A DNA stretch of 64,000 nucleotides, taken from positions 1-64,000 of the forward strand of contig JALXBF010000065.1 of the NCBI GenBank assembly GCA_026991575.1, written 5' to 3'. Positions 27,688 to 38,379 of the stretch are shown here, in pieces. The translations under genes and the position numbers were made by a program. Origin of the DNA: Planctomycetota bacterium. Lineage in GTDB: Bacteria; Planctomycetota; Planctomycetia; JALXBF01. The notes below the pieces were generated by a model. It saw only the letters and a program-made list of their open reading frames with translations, searched no databases and was not told where the DNA came from. Position 1 is the first letter of the stretch. Each line of letters opens with the position of its first letter.

Positions 27688-28743
27688 ATGGGCAAGGCTA
27701 TCCCTGGGAGTGTACGAATGGTCGTGGCTGTGGGCGCCGGTGTCGCCGTGCTAGTCTCGGTGTGGGCAGGGGGGCGCCGGGAACAGGCTGGTGCAGAAAT
27801 GGTCCGCGCAGCGGAGGCCTTCCTAGCGGAGCTGACGCCGGAGCAGCGGCGGAAGGCGACGTTTGCGTTCGATGACCCTGAGCGGTTGAACTGGCACTTC
27901 ATTCCGCGGGCGCGGCGCGGGCTGCCACTTGCCGAAATGAACGACAGGCAACGGCGGGCGGCCCACGCGCTGTTGCACACCGGCTTGAGCGACCTGGGGT
28001 TCGAGAAGAGCGTGACGATCATGGCACTGGAAGCGGTGCTGCACGAGCTGGAGCGAGGCGGGCGCTTCCAGAGAGATCCCGAGCTGTACTACTGGAGCAT
28101 TTTCGGGGATCCGAAGCCGCGCGGACGCTGGGGCTGGCGCGTCGAAGGTCACCATCTGTCTTTGAACTTCGTCGTGGAGGACGGTAGGGTGGTCTCGGCT
28201 ACGCCAGCTTTCTTTGGAGCAAACCCTGCGACCGTTACGGTCCAGACGAACACGTCCGTACCCAAGGGAACACGCGTGCTGGCCGACGAGGAACGCCTGG
28301 CCAGGCGGTTGATGCAGTCGTTTTCCGAGCAGCAGCGGAATCGGGCAATCTTCGCGAAGCGTCCCCCTCGCGACATACGGGGGGCCAACGCACCACAGCC
28401 CCCTCGCACTGCACCAATCGGTCTGCCAGCATCTGCGATGTCCAAGGAGCAGCAAGAGCTACTGTGGGACTTGCTGCGTGCGTACGCACGCAAGATGCCC
28501 GATGAGGTTGCGAATGCATGGTTGACGGAGATCCGCCGATCGGGACTGGAACGCGTTCACTTCGCGTGGGCAGGGGGACTTCAGGCTGGACAACCGCATT
28601 ACTATCGGATCCAAGGCCCGGACTTTGTAGTCGAGTACGCGAATGTGCAGCCTGATCCGTTGGGCAATCCGGCCAACCACATTCACGCCGTTTGGCGCAG
28701 CCTCCACGGGGACTTCGGGATCCGTTGGGAACGAGGCCGTTAG
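27688..28743 (+). CDS. DUF3500 domain protein, exported
   Basis: RLNWHFIP, WGWRVEGHHLSLNF, TPAFFGANP, HFAWAG, HYYRIQGP, NHIHAVWR; SD AGGAGGT. Confidence 0.85.
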   Translation: MGKAIPGSVRMVVAVGAGVAVLVSVWAGGRREQAGAEMVRAAEAFLAELTPEQRRKATFAFDDPERLNWHFIPRARRGLPLAEMNDRQRRAAHALLHTGLSDLGFEKSVTIMALEAVLHELERGGRFQRDPELYYWSIFGDPKPRGRWGWRVEGHHLSLNFVVEDGRVVSATPAFFGANPATVTVQTNTSVPKGTRVLADEERLARRLMQSFSEQQRNRAIFAKRPPRDIRGANAPQPPRTAPIGLPASAMSKEQQELLWDLLRAYARKMPDEVANAWLTEIRRSGLERVHFAWAGGLQAGQPHYYRIQGPDFVVEYANVQPDPLGNPANHIHAVWRSLHGDFGIRWERGR

Positions 28744-30206
28744 AGCTCAGGCACAAGGAGTCTTGGGCGCGGGACCGGTCTGCGGGCGGGCCGCCAAGGG
28801 CTGGCATGCGCATTACCCTCCGGCTCTAGCACGCGCCGCGTAAAGCTGGCGGGAATGGCCGTGCCCCCGGTGGGGATGTTTACCGAGGGCAGCTGCGGGG
28901 ACGACGCCGAGCTACCCGCCCGGGCGTGGGCTTCAAGCAGTCGAATCAACTTCGGATCGGCTTTGCGAAGCACAAGAATACGGCTCGGTTCATTGGTTCC
29001 GCCAAGTGGCCGAATGACGCAGATGATTTCTGCACTTGCCTCCCGTTTGCCCGACGGTTCTGATTGAGAACGTCGCTCCAAAGGAGCCTCGTCAACCCGC
29101 GACGCTCCTGATCCTGCTGCCACCTTCAGCTCCTCCGGGCTGGGCAACGAAAGGGGGGGGGCAGCTGATTCCGTTCGCTCACTGTGAGCGAATCGGACAG
29201 GTGGCGAGCTGGGCTGTGGCTCGGTTGGTACGCTACGGTCCCGATAGAGGTGGTCCAGTTGAGCTGCGGACAGCAGATACTGCACTGCGCCGAGCGCGGC
29301 GAATAGTCCGCGGTTTCCGTACGGATCTGCTGCTGAGCAGACGCCAACAAGATAGCCGTCGGCCGTGAACAACCCGCCGCCCGACCGCCCTTGCCTCGGG
29401 GCGCCAAGAATCTCGAAGTTTGGAGCGCCGACATAGCGGTTTACGGCGGTAAGCCGAGTCGGGTAAATGCGGGGCCGAGAGCCGCGGTCGCAGCCTACAG
29501 AGAACAGTGTTGTCCCCGGTTGCAGCCGCATTCCCTCCGTGCCGACGCGAGCAGCTGGCAGCCTTCGGTCGGTCTGGATACGAACCAACGCTAGGTCGGC
29601 GTTGCGATCTCTGGCGATTAGGCGGCCGCGATATGTTCGAGGCGGTTCCGTGCCAAACCACTCGACCATTACCGTCTGGCCAAGACCGCTAGAGGACCGG
29701 AATAGGTGAGCGCACGTCAACACGATGGCTTCTGTGTCCGTTGCCGAGATGATCGTGCCGGAACCGTAGTAGCGTGCGCCTCCCGTCTCCCGGTACATTC
29801 GGACACTCACCTCGAGGAGGTACCGGTAGAGGTCGGCACGACGGGAGCCAACGGCGGAGCGGGCTCCAGCAGGCTTGCTCGACCCAGCGCGTGCGGAGCG
29901 AAGCAGGGCGCGTAGGCGTTCTTCGGAGACCGCGCCGACAAGTCGGCCTCGCTCCTGACCGTCGGCCACAACGACGAACGTAGGCAGCTCACGGACTGCG
30001 AAGCGACGAGCCAACTCAGGGTGCCGATCCACGTTGACTCTGCGAACCGTGGTCCCCTCGGCTTCTAGGCGGGCGATGATCGGCGCCATCGAGCGGCACG
30101 GGCCGCACCAGTCAGCGTAGAAGTCGTACAGCACGACCTCTGCGGCTGGCAGCGAGGCAATCGGCTGCAGCAGTAGCCAGAGGCAGGAGACTGCAAGGAA
30201 CCGCAT
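28740..30206 (-). CDS. Exported thioredoxin / trypsin-like serine protease fusion
   Basis: Signal peptide; DFYADWCGPC; protease triad motifs LTCAH, DLALV, GRSGGGLF. Confidence 0.85.
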   Translation of the reverse strand: MRFLAVSCLWLLLQPIASLPAAEVVLYDFYADWCGPCRSMAPIIARLEAEGTTVRRVNVDRHPELARRFAVRELPTFVVVADGQERGRLVGAVSEERLRALLRSARAGSSKPAGARSAVGSRRADLYRYLLEVSVRMYRETGGARYYGSGTIISATDTEAIVLTCAHLFRSSSGLGQTVMVEWFGTEPPRTYRGRLIARDRNADLALVRIQTDRRLPAARVGTEGMRLQPGTTLFSVGCDRGSRPRIYPTRLTAVNRYVGAPNFEILGAPRQGRSGGGLFTADGYLVGVCSAADPYGNRGLFAALGAVQYLLSAAQLDHLYRDRSVPTEPQPSSPPVRFAHSERTESAAPPLSLPSPEELKVAAGSGASRVDEAPLERRSQSEPSGKREASAEIICVIRPLGGTNEPSRILVLRKADPKLIRLLEAHARAGSSASSPQLPSVNIPTGGTAIPASFTRRVLEPEGNAHASPWRPARRPVPRPRLLVPEL

Positions 30207-30419
30207 GCAAACCTCCGTTGGGTCCGTCCCTGAACCGAACTCTTCTCCGTTCCGCCCCGAGCCGGCATGTTGCACGGTTTACAATCACGGGACGAGTGCA
30301 AATAGCGTGCCGTCATGGCCAGCTGGATGGCTTAGTGCGGCCGCAGAAGGCGCAGCCCTTACCGAGGTGACCCCAGCTATACTGACAGTCACGGTCTGCA
30401 TCGGGCGGAGGCACGCTGC

Positions 30420-32084
30420 ATGGCTCATTTGCGTTGCATTCAGGGCATGGACGAACGGGTCATTCCGCTGGAGCGGGACAGGATCGTGATTGGGCGTTTG
30501 CCGGAGTGCGATGTGGTCTTGCCCCAGCGGGAGGCTTCGCGCGTGCACGCCGCGATTGTTCGGGACGGCGACCATTACTACGTGGAAGACCTCGGCAGCC
30601 GAAACGGCACGTTCGTCAATGGGCAGCGGATCCAGGGAAGACGGCTGCTGCAGGATGGCGACGAGCTGAGCATTGGAAACGTGGTGACGTTCCAGTTCTC
30701 AACGGCGGACGTCGGCCAGGCTGAGGTAGGGGGGCGCGCGGGCGCGGACGCGCCGCATATTCTGGTCTCGCTGGATTGGAGCAGCACGGATCTATTGCAC
30801 GTCCGGCCGGAAACCAAGCTAGCTGCGTTGCTTGAGATCCTAGGGGCGCTGGGCACATCGCTTGACGTTCACGAGGTGATGCATCGCGTGCTTGAGAGCC
30901 TGGCCAGGGTCTTCCCGCAGATGGATCACGGCCTCGTGCTACTACGGACCGCAGGGTCTGAGGGGCTCCGAGTGATTGCGAGTTATGGTCGTGGCGGCCG
31001 GGAGCATGTGCCGAAGCCGTACAGCGAAACGGTGGCCCGGCACGTGCTTCAGAACCGTCAAGCAGTGCTGTCTGCCGATCTCGCCAAGGAAGATACCTGG
31101 AAAATGAGCGATTCGATCGATGCGTTGAAGATTCGCAGCATCATGTCTGTTCCTTTGTTCTCCAGCACGGGTGAGGTTCTGGGCATCATTGAGCTGCGGA
31201 CCACGCACGCTCGCCGCCAGTTCGTCCGGCAGGACCTTGAAATTCTTTCAGCGGTCGCGCGGGCTGCTTCGGTCGCGATCGAGAACGCCCAACTACACCA
31301 AGACCTCGTGGCGAAGGAGCGGTTGGAGCGCGAGTTGGAGCTGGCACGTGAAGTCCAGCAGAATATGCTACCCCGGCTGCCGGACCGCGTGGGCGCGGTC
31401 ACGTTGTGCAGCCACTACGCTCCTGCGCGAGTCGTCGGCGGTGACTTCTACGATTTCGTCCGCCGGAAGGATGGCCAAGTCGTGCTCGTGCTGGGCGACG
31501 TAGCCGGCAAGGGGATGCCTGCGGCGTTGCTGATGGTCCAAGTGCTCACTGAACTGAGGACGCTTGCCCCGGTAACCGAGTCGCCCGATGTGCTCTTGAG
31601 GGAACTGAACCGATTACTGTGCGAGCGAGGCTGGTCTGATCGTTTCGCGACGCTCATTGTCGGTTTCGTCGAACCCTACGAAGGATTGCTTCGCCTGTCC
31701 AACGCTGCTCACCCGCCACCGCTGAGGGTCACCGCTGATGGAGCCGTCGAGTTTCTGGGTTCCGACGCTGCAGGGCTACCACTGGGGATCATGGCGGACG
31801 CGACCTATCCGCTCGTCACCGCCAGATTAGCCCCTGGAGACACAGTGTTGCTGTACACCGACGGCTTCACGGACGCGATGTCACGGGACGGCCGAATCTT
31901 CGGGCTCGACCGTGTTCTGGAGACGGTTCGCACGGCCCAGTGCACGAATCCACACGACGTTGCCGCCGTGCTAGTGCAAGCCGTTGAGGATCACGCTCAA
32001 AACCAGCCTCGCTTCGACGACCAATGTCTCATCGGCCTCGGGTACGCGCCCGAACACGTCGCTGAGCAGGGGAAGGACGAATAG
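30420..32084 (+). CDS. FHA-GAF-SpoIIE (PP2C-type) Ser/Thr phosphatase
   Basis: IGRLPEC...SRVHA...DLGSRNGT (FHA); RSIMSVPL (GAF); VGGDFYD, GDVAGKG, YTDGFTD, DD (PP2C). Confidence 0.92.
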   Translation: MAHLRCIQGMDERVIPLERDRIVIGRLPECDVVLPQREASRVHAAIVRDGDHYYVEDLGSRNGTFVNGQRIQGRRLLQDGDELSIGNVVTFQFSTADVGQAEVGGRAGADAPHILVSLDWSSTDLLHVRPETKLAALLEILGALGTSLDVHEVMHRVLESLARVFPQMDHGLVLLRTAGSEGLRVIASYGRGGREHVPKPYSETVARHVLQNRQAVLSADLAKEDTWKMSDSIDALKIRSIMSVPLFSSTGEVLGIIELRTTHARRQFVRQDLEILSAVARAASVAIENAQLHQDLVAKERLERELELAREVQQNMLPRLPDRVGAVTLCSHYAPARVVGGDFYDFVRRKDGQVVLVLGDVAGKGMPAALLMVQVLTELRTLAPVTESPDVLLRELNRLLCERGWSDRFATLIVGFVEPYEGLLRLSNAAHPPPLRVTADGAVEFLGSDAAGLPLGIMADATYPLVTARLAPGDTVLLYTDGFTDAMSRDGRIFGLDRVLETVRTAQCTNPHDVAAVLVQAVEDHAQNQPRFDDQCLIGLGYAPEHVAEQGKDE

Positions 32085-32184
32085 CTCAAGCGTGCGCGTT
32101 CGTTGGTCGATCTTCACGGCAAGGGAATGGATCGCCCTGTGTGCCTCCGGGGAAATGTTCGCTCGTCAGCTACCGGAGCTTGGC

Positions 32185-33108
32185 ATGAAGCGTACGCGTT
32201 CTTCGGGAAAACACTTCCGGTGCGCCCTTGCTTTGGCCATCGTCTATTTTGGCATGGCAGCCTCTCAGGGCGCAGTGGGGCAAGAGTTCAGCAGTGAAGA
32301 GGGCATTGCCGAACCTACCGGCTCACCGGCTCACGCCTTGCCGAGCCTGCCGTACGTCCAGGCCACGGGATCGGAGCCGTCCGTCGGTCCGCACTTGTAC
32401 TTAAGCGATGGCGCGGAGTTCTATCTTCGAGCGGGAGCCCTGTATCCGTTTGGTCGGGGAACCCTGGAGCGGCGTGTGACGGCCGGGTGGCGGTTGGAAG
32501 GAAGCTTGGTCCAGGCGATGTGGGCACCGTGGTCCGATCTTGGGTGCTTCTGGGAACTAGGCTTAGGCGTTTCCTACTGGGCTGGCGATCGGGGACGTCT
32601 GGTGACCAGCGGGGTGTTCAGGCCATCGCTGTTCGCGCCGGGGCAGTATGTTGCGGACATGTATCGTGTGCGGCTAAAGAGAATCTGGCAGCGTTACGGG
32701 TTCGCGGCAGTCGGGGCCAGCTGGTACTACGACGTGTTCGGGGCGCCATGGCGGATCACGGCGCGTCTTGGCACTCGGCTGGGCTCAGCACGGGCCCGCT
32801 TCGACAGGACGCCGTCACCAGCGCTGAACGCGGCCGTGCAGGCGGCCGTTGCAGGGGGCGCCTCCCCGGACGGGTTCGACTTTGACAGCGACGTCAATGA
32901 CAGTGACGTTTTCGTCGGGCTATTCGGAAGTGTTGCCGTCGGCACGGTCTGGCACGATGTGTGGCTGGGAGCGTGGCATCTAGGTGACGTGACCGTGAGT
33001 GCCGAGGTCGAGTTGGGGCACGACTGGATGGACTTCGGCGATTTCTCGCGTTCCGACGGCGGCATCGGTTATCTGGGCACGATGATCACGGTGGGCTTCT
33101 ACCACTAA
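32185..33108 (+). CDS. Hypothetical exported protein, probable outer-membrane beta-barrel
   Basis: Signal peptide; Gly/aromatic-rich alternating strands; ends YLGTMITVGFYH. Confidence 0.5.
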   Translation: MKRTRSSGKHFRCALALAIVYFGMAASQGAVGQEFSSEEGIAEPTGSPAHALPSLPYVQATGSEPSVGPHLYLSDGAEFYLRAGALYPFGRGTLERRVTAGWRLEGSLVQAMWAPWSDLGCFWELGLGVSYWAGDRGRLVTSGVFRPSLFAPGQYVADMYRVRLKRIWQRYGFAAVGASWYYDVFGAPWRITARLGTRLGSARARFDRTPSPALNAAVQAAVAGGASPDGFDFDSDVNDSDVFVGLFGSVAVGTVWHDVWLGAWHLGDVTVSAEVELGHDWMDFGDFSRSDGGIGYLGTMITVGFYH

Positions 33109-33123
33109 CGAGACCGTGTGCGA

Positions 33124-33897
33124 TCACAACCGCCGGATATGGAACCCACCGTCGACGTTGATAACTTCCCCGGTGCTGTACGGGAGCTCGTTCGTGCACA
33201 GCAGGGCCACGACTCGGGCCACATCTTCGGGCATTCCCCAACGTGCAATCGGGCATAGGCCTTCTTGAAACAGGTGGTCGTAGCGCTCCTGAACCGATCG
33301 GGTCATGTCTGTCCTAATGATGCCCGGCCTCACTTCGTAGACGAAGACCCGCTCGCGGGCCAATCTTGCCGCGAACAGCTTTGTGACCATGGACAAACCG
33401 GCCTTGGCAACGCAGTAGGCCGCTCGGTCCGTGGATGCGGCATAGGCAGAAATCGACGAGATGTTCACGATGACACCGCGCTGGATCGTGCCGCGAGCGA
33501 TCAGCTCCGTCATTACCTTGCCCGCCAGCTGGCACATGAAGAACGGCGCGTACAGGTTGACGCGTAGCACAGCCTCCCACGCTTCCTCATCGACGTCGAA
33601 GAGATCGGCTCGCTTCGGCACGCTGATGCCGGCGTTGTTGACCAGCACGTCGATTCGTCCAAGCTGTTGCAAGACAGTGTCGACGAGGTGCTGACGCTGC
33701 GGTCCATCGGCGACATCCGCTTGGATAACTAGGGCACTGCCCCCCTGCTGCTCGATCTCGCGAGCGACGGCTTGGGCTTGCTTCTTGGAGCTGCGGTAAT
33801 TGACGACGACGGCATAGGTGCGACTAAGCGCTAGGGCGATGGCTCGCCCGATGCCGCGGCTTGCTCCCGTGACCAGCGCTACGGGCTTGTCCGCCAT
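33124..33897 (-). CDS. SDR oxidoreductase (3-ketoacyl-ACP reductase-like)
   Basis: TGASRGIG, NNAG, YCVAK, EVRPGII, VDGG. Confidence 0.88.
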   Translation of the reverse strand: MADKPVALVTGASRGIGRAIALALSRTYAVVVNYRSSKKQAQAVAREIEQQGGSALVIQADVADGPQRQHLVDTVLQQLGRIDVLVNNAGISVPKRADLFDVDEEAWEAVLRVNLYAPFFMCQLAGKVMTELIARGTIQRGVIVNISSISAYAASTDRAAYCVAKAGLSMVTKLFAARLARERVFVYEVRPGIIRTDMTRSVQERYDHLFQEGLCPIARWGMPEDVARVVALLCTNELPYSTGEVINVDGGFHIRRL

Positions 33898-33982
33898 GTC
33901 GTGAACCTCAGGGAATGCCTGCCAAGAATGCCCTAGAAAGCGTGCGGCCGCCCACCCGCCCGGCTAGGCTGCCGGAGGTTCT

Positions 33983-35278
33983 TCAGGGGGCATCATGTCG
34001 GTAGATTACCAAGCCAGTGGCCAGCTTTGGGTAGAAGAACGTGCTCTTCGGGGGCATCCGTTCGCCGGACCTCGCAAGTGCTTTCAGGTCTTGGATCGTC
34101 GGAGGAGGCACAAGGACTGCGATGTCGAGGGACCGCCGTGAGAGCTGTGAGATCAGGCGCTCTGTGTCGTGTTCGAAGCGGACTTCGGCACGGTTCCGTT
34201 CGGCAACCTTGGACAGCACGAGCTCGTGGGCGACCGTAACCGCTAGGCGATACCATCGCTCGGAGTGTCCCGGGTATCGCCTGCGGATGGGCTCGATCGA
34301 CTTTGGTCGAAGCACTAGCCATGTCTGATCCGATGCCGTTCCAATGGCTAGAGCGGGCAGGCGTGTGGTAGCGTTGAGCCTCTGCCATGCGTCGCGGCCT
34401 GCATCGGGGCCGTGTCCCACGTGCTCAATGTCAAAGCTCTGGGCGAGCATGCTGTGCAGTTGCCTGGAGTCAAGTCGTGAGCCCCTAATTGCTCGGTGTG
34501 TCGGCCAGATCACGAGGCCGGGATCTCCGCTCGGTACCAAGGCTGCTAGGACGTAGTCTGCTGGATCCCCAGCAGCACCAATATCTTGATACACCGAGTG
34601 GCAGAAGTGCGCGTGCCTCAGTGCCGTCTCGTAGCGGTGGTGACCATCTGCAATGAACAGGTCGGCTGCTTGGATTGCTTGGCAGATTTGGCGTACGATA
34701 GCCGGCTCGGTGACGCTTCGTAGAGTGTGTCGCACGCCGTGGCGGTCGACGACGTCGAGGGTTGGCTGGCCGGCATACTCGCGCATCGTCGAGGCGACGC
34801 TGTTGGTGTCGTCGTCGTAGATTCCAAAGATTGGGCTCACATTGGCTCTGGTCCACTCGAGCAGCCGGCGTCGGTCGGCTTTAGGACCGGACATGGTTTG
34901 CTCATGCGGGTAGATACCTTCTCCCGGTGGGGCGAGCCGAAGTCGGGCAATGATGGCCGTTCGCGTCAGAGGGCATGGGCTGGCTGAAAACTGCTGCTCG
35001 TACAGGTATAGCGTCGGCGCCGTATCCCGCACGAGCACAGAGTGCCGGGCCCAGTCCCGAAGCAGGATGGCAGCTTCCCGGTATGGGCATCGTCCGCTTG
35101 TGGTTTGCAGCGCCGCGGTGGGCAGCTCCAGACGGATGACGTTGTAAGGGCTGGCGTCAAGCAGAGCCTGGACAGTGTTCGAGTCGACGACGTCGTAGGG
35201 GGGAGCTAGCACGCGGGCCAGGTCGTCGACGACGCGTTCGTTATAGCGCCAGCCTCGGAACGGGGCGATTTCGGGCAT
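33983..35278 (-). CDS. DUF1015 family protein
   Basis: PFRGWRY, APPYDVV, PHEQT, IADGHHRYET, MPPKSTFFYPKL. Confidence 0.9.
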   Translation of the reverse strand: MPEIAPFRGWRYNERVVDDLARVLAPPYDVVDSNTVQALLDASPYNVIRLELPTAALQTTSGRCPYREAAILLRDWARHSVLVRDTAPTLYLYEQQFSASPCPLTRTAIIARLRLAPPGEGIYPHEQTMSGPKADRRRLLEWTRANVSPIFGIYDDDTNSVASTMREYAGQPTLDVVDRHGVRHTLRSVTEPAIVRQICQAIQAADLFIADGHHRYETALRHAHFCHSVYQDIGAAGDPADYVLAALVPSGDPGLVIWPTHRAIRGSRLDSRQLHSMLAQSFDIEHVGHGPDAGRDAWQRLNATTRLPALAIGTASDQTWLVLRPKSIEPIRRRYPGHSERWYRLAVTVAHELVLSKVAERNRAEVRFEHDTERLISQLSRRSLDIAVLVPPPTIQDLKALARSGERMPPKSTFFYPKLATGLVIYRHDAP

Positions 35279-35345
35279 CGGTACAAACTCCGGGCACATC
35301 CCCCAAGGCGAGGGACCACTCAGAATCCTCGTGGCGGTTACGAGG

Positions 35346-36686
<1,341 letters not shown>

Positions 36687-36731
36687 CTAAGCGCCTTGGT
36701 GGCTTTGTCAGGTGGTTATCGGAGCAGAGCA

Positions 36732-38354
36732 ATGGCGGAAGGGGAAGATGCCTTGAGACCGCGGCGTGCCCGCATCGCCATTGTCGGCGCGACGGCAGTG
36801 GCCGCGGTTCTTCGGCTAGCCTCCATCACGGAACAGGATCTGAGCCACTTCGACGAGGGGGTGTACGCCATTGCCGCGATGGGAATTCGGTATCCTGGGC
36901 AGGAATTTTTCGCTCCGCCGTTGTTTCCCAACCTGTTGCGTCTGGTCGCGGCAGTGGCCGGACCGTCGGACTGGGCGCTGTACGTCTTCTCAGCACTGCT
37001 TGGTGTTCTCACGGTGCCGCTGGTCGCGGCGTTTACCTGGAGATGTTTTGGTCCATCGGCTGCTGCCGCCGCAGCTTGGCTCGCAGCTGTTTCCGGCTGG
37101 CACATTGCGTTCTCTCGCGCGGTCCTAACCGATGTACTCTACGCGAACCTCTTCCAGCTGAGCCTGCTTGCAGCGATAGAGCTTCTCAAGTGCGGGCCGT
37201 GTGCAGTCAGGAAGAGGTGGGGTATCACGGTCCTGCTTGCCTTGTCGCTCGCAGGTGCCACGTACACGAAGTACCATTTCCCCGTGCTGGTGCTTGGGAT
37301 CACGCTCGGCTCCATGTGCGTGCTGGTAGTCCGCCGGGGCGAACGGACCCTTCTGGTGCGACAGTTCTGGTTCGTGGTGGCAGCGAGCGTCGTGGGGCTT
37401 CTTGCGTACCTCCCTTGGCTCTTTCACGTGAATGCCACGGTAGGCTACTCGGCGCTGGTTGCTCACCACCACGGGTACTTCGAAGGGGTGGCCGGCTGGG
37501 CGAGCAACGCGCGGGACTACGTTGGCTTTTCTGCTGCGTTCGCTACGCATACGGAAGCGATAACGGCGGGCGCGGTCGTCATCGGGCTTCGCCTACTTGG
37601 GCTGATGCCAGCGGCTCCGCTAGCACTGGTAGCGGCAGTAGCCGCGGCCATAGGGGGGGCTCAGTGGCTGACCGGCGATATGCTCTATCCAATGTGCGCA
37701 TTGTTGTTCCTTGGCTGGGCCAGTGCCCGATGGCCCGTTGCTCGTGTCATGCTTGCCGTCACACTGCTCCTCCTAATCCTGATTACGCCGTGCTACCGTC
37801 CGTACGCCAGGCTGTTTCTGCCTGCTGTGCAACTGGCCTGGCCTGTTGTCGGAGCAATGCTGAGCGAGCTGCCACGTGACGGGCGGCCGCTGGTTGGGGT
37901 GATCCTAATGGCTGCCGCCGGGCTCTGGCTCCTACGCACCGAGATAGCGCTCCCGAGCTGTCCTGGGGACGGCTTGCCCGCGAGTCACGATGGCGTCGAG
38001 CAGGCCGTCAGGCGATTAGTGAAGAGTGGGGAAGTGATCCACGTCTATGCCCGGCCATGCATTGTCTTCTATGCCATGCAGCACACGCGGGTCGTCCTGG
38101 AAGGTAATCCAGCCAATCTCGTGCGGGCTTTCCAGCAGGGCAGCCCTGTGCTTTTCGACGTTGCCCTCACGTTGGACAATCCCCGGGGCGCACGTAGCCT
38201 GAGCGAGCTTATCGAGCAGCAGCCGCGGTTCAGCCGGGTGAGCTATTGTCCGGCAAAGGTCACACTCCTAGATGACTATCGGGCACTGTCCACACGCCGG
38301 GGGAGGTCTTGGCCGTATCGCTTGGTGACGGTGCGGAAGGAGCCGAAACGGTGA
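36732..38354 (+). CDS. ArnT/PMT-like (GT39/GT83) membrane glycosyltransferase
   Basis: FDEGVY, PPLF, FSRAVLTD, TYTKY motifs with multiple TM helices. Confidence 0.75.
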   Translation: MAEGEDALRPRRARIAIVGATAVAAVLRLASITEQDLSHFDEGVYAIAAMGIRYPGQEFFAPPLFPNLLRLVAAVAGPSDWALYVFSALLGVLTVPLVAAFTWRCFGPSAAAAAAWLAAVSGWHIAFSRAVLTDVLYANLFQLSLLAAIELLKCGPCAVRKRWGITVLLALSLAGATYTKYHFPVLVLGITLGSMCVLVVRRGERTLLVRQFWFVVAASVVGLLAYLPWLFHVNATVGYSALVAHHHGYFEGVAGWASNARDYVGFSAAFATHTEAITAGAVVIGLRLLGLMPAAPLALVAAVAAAIGGAQWLTGDMLYPMCALLFLGWASARWPVARVMLAVTLLLLILITPCYRPYARLFLPAVQLAWPVVGAMLSELPRDGRPLVGVILMAAAGLWLLRTEIALPSCPGDGLPASHDGVEQAVRRLVKSGEVIHVYARPCIVFYAMQHTRVVLEGNPANLVRAFQQGSPVLFDVALTLDNPRGARSLSELIEQQPRFSRVSYCPAKVTLLDDYRALSTRRGRSWPYRLVTVRKEPKR

Positions 38355-38363
38355 CCGTGGACC

Positions 38364-38379
38364 CTTTCCATGTGAAACT
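38364..38379. promoter_or_regulatory. Candidate parS site
   Basis: CTTTCCATGTGAAACT matches 12/16 of TGTTCCACGTGAAACA; intergenic, about 2 kb upstream of parAB. Confidence 0.5.
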
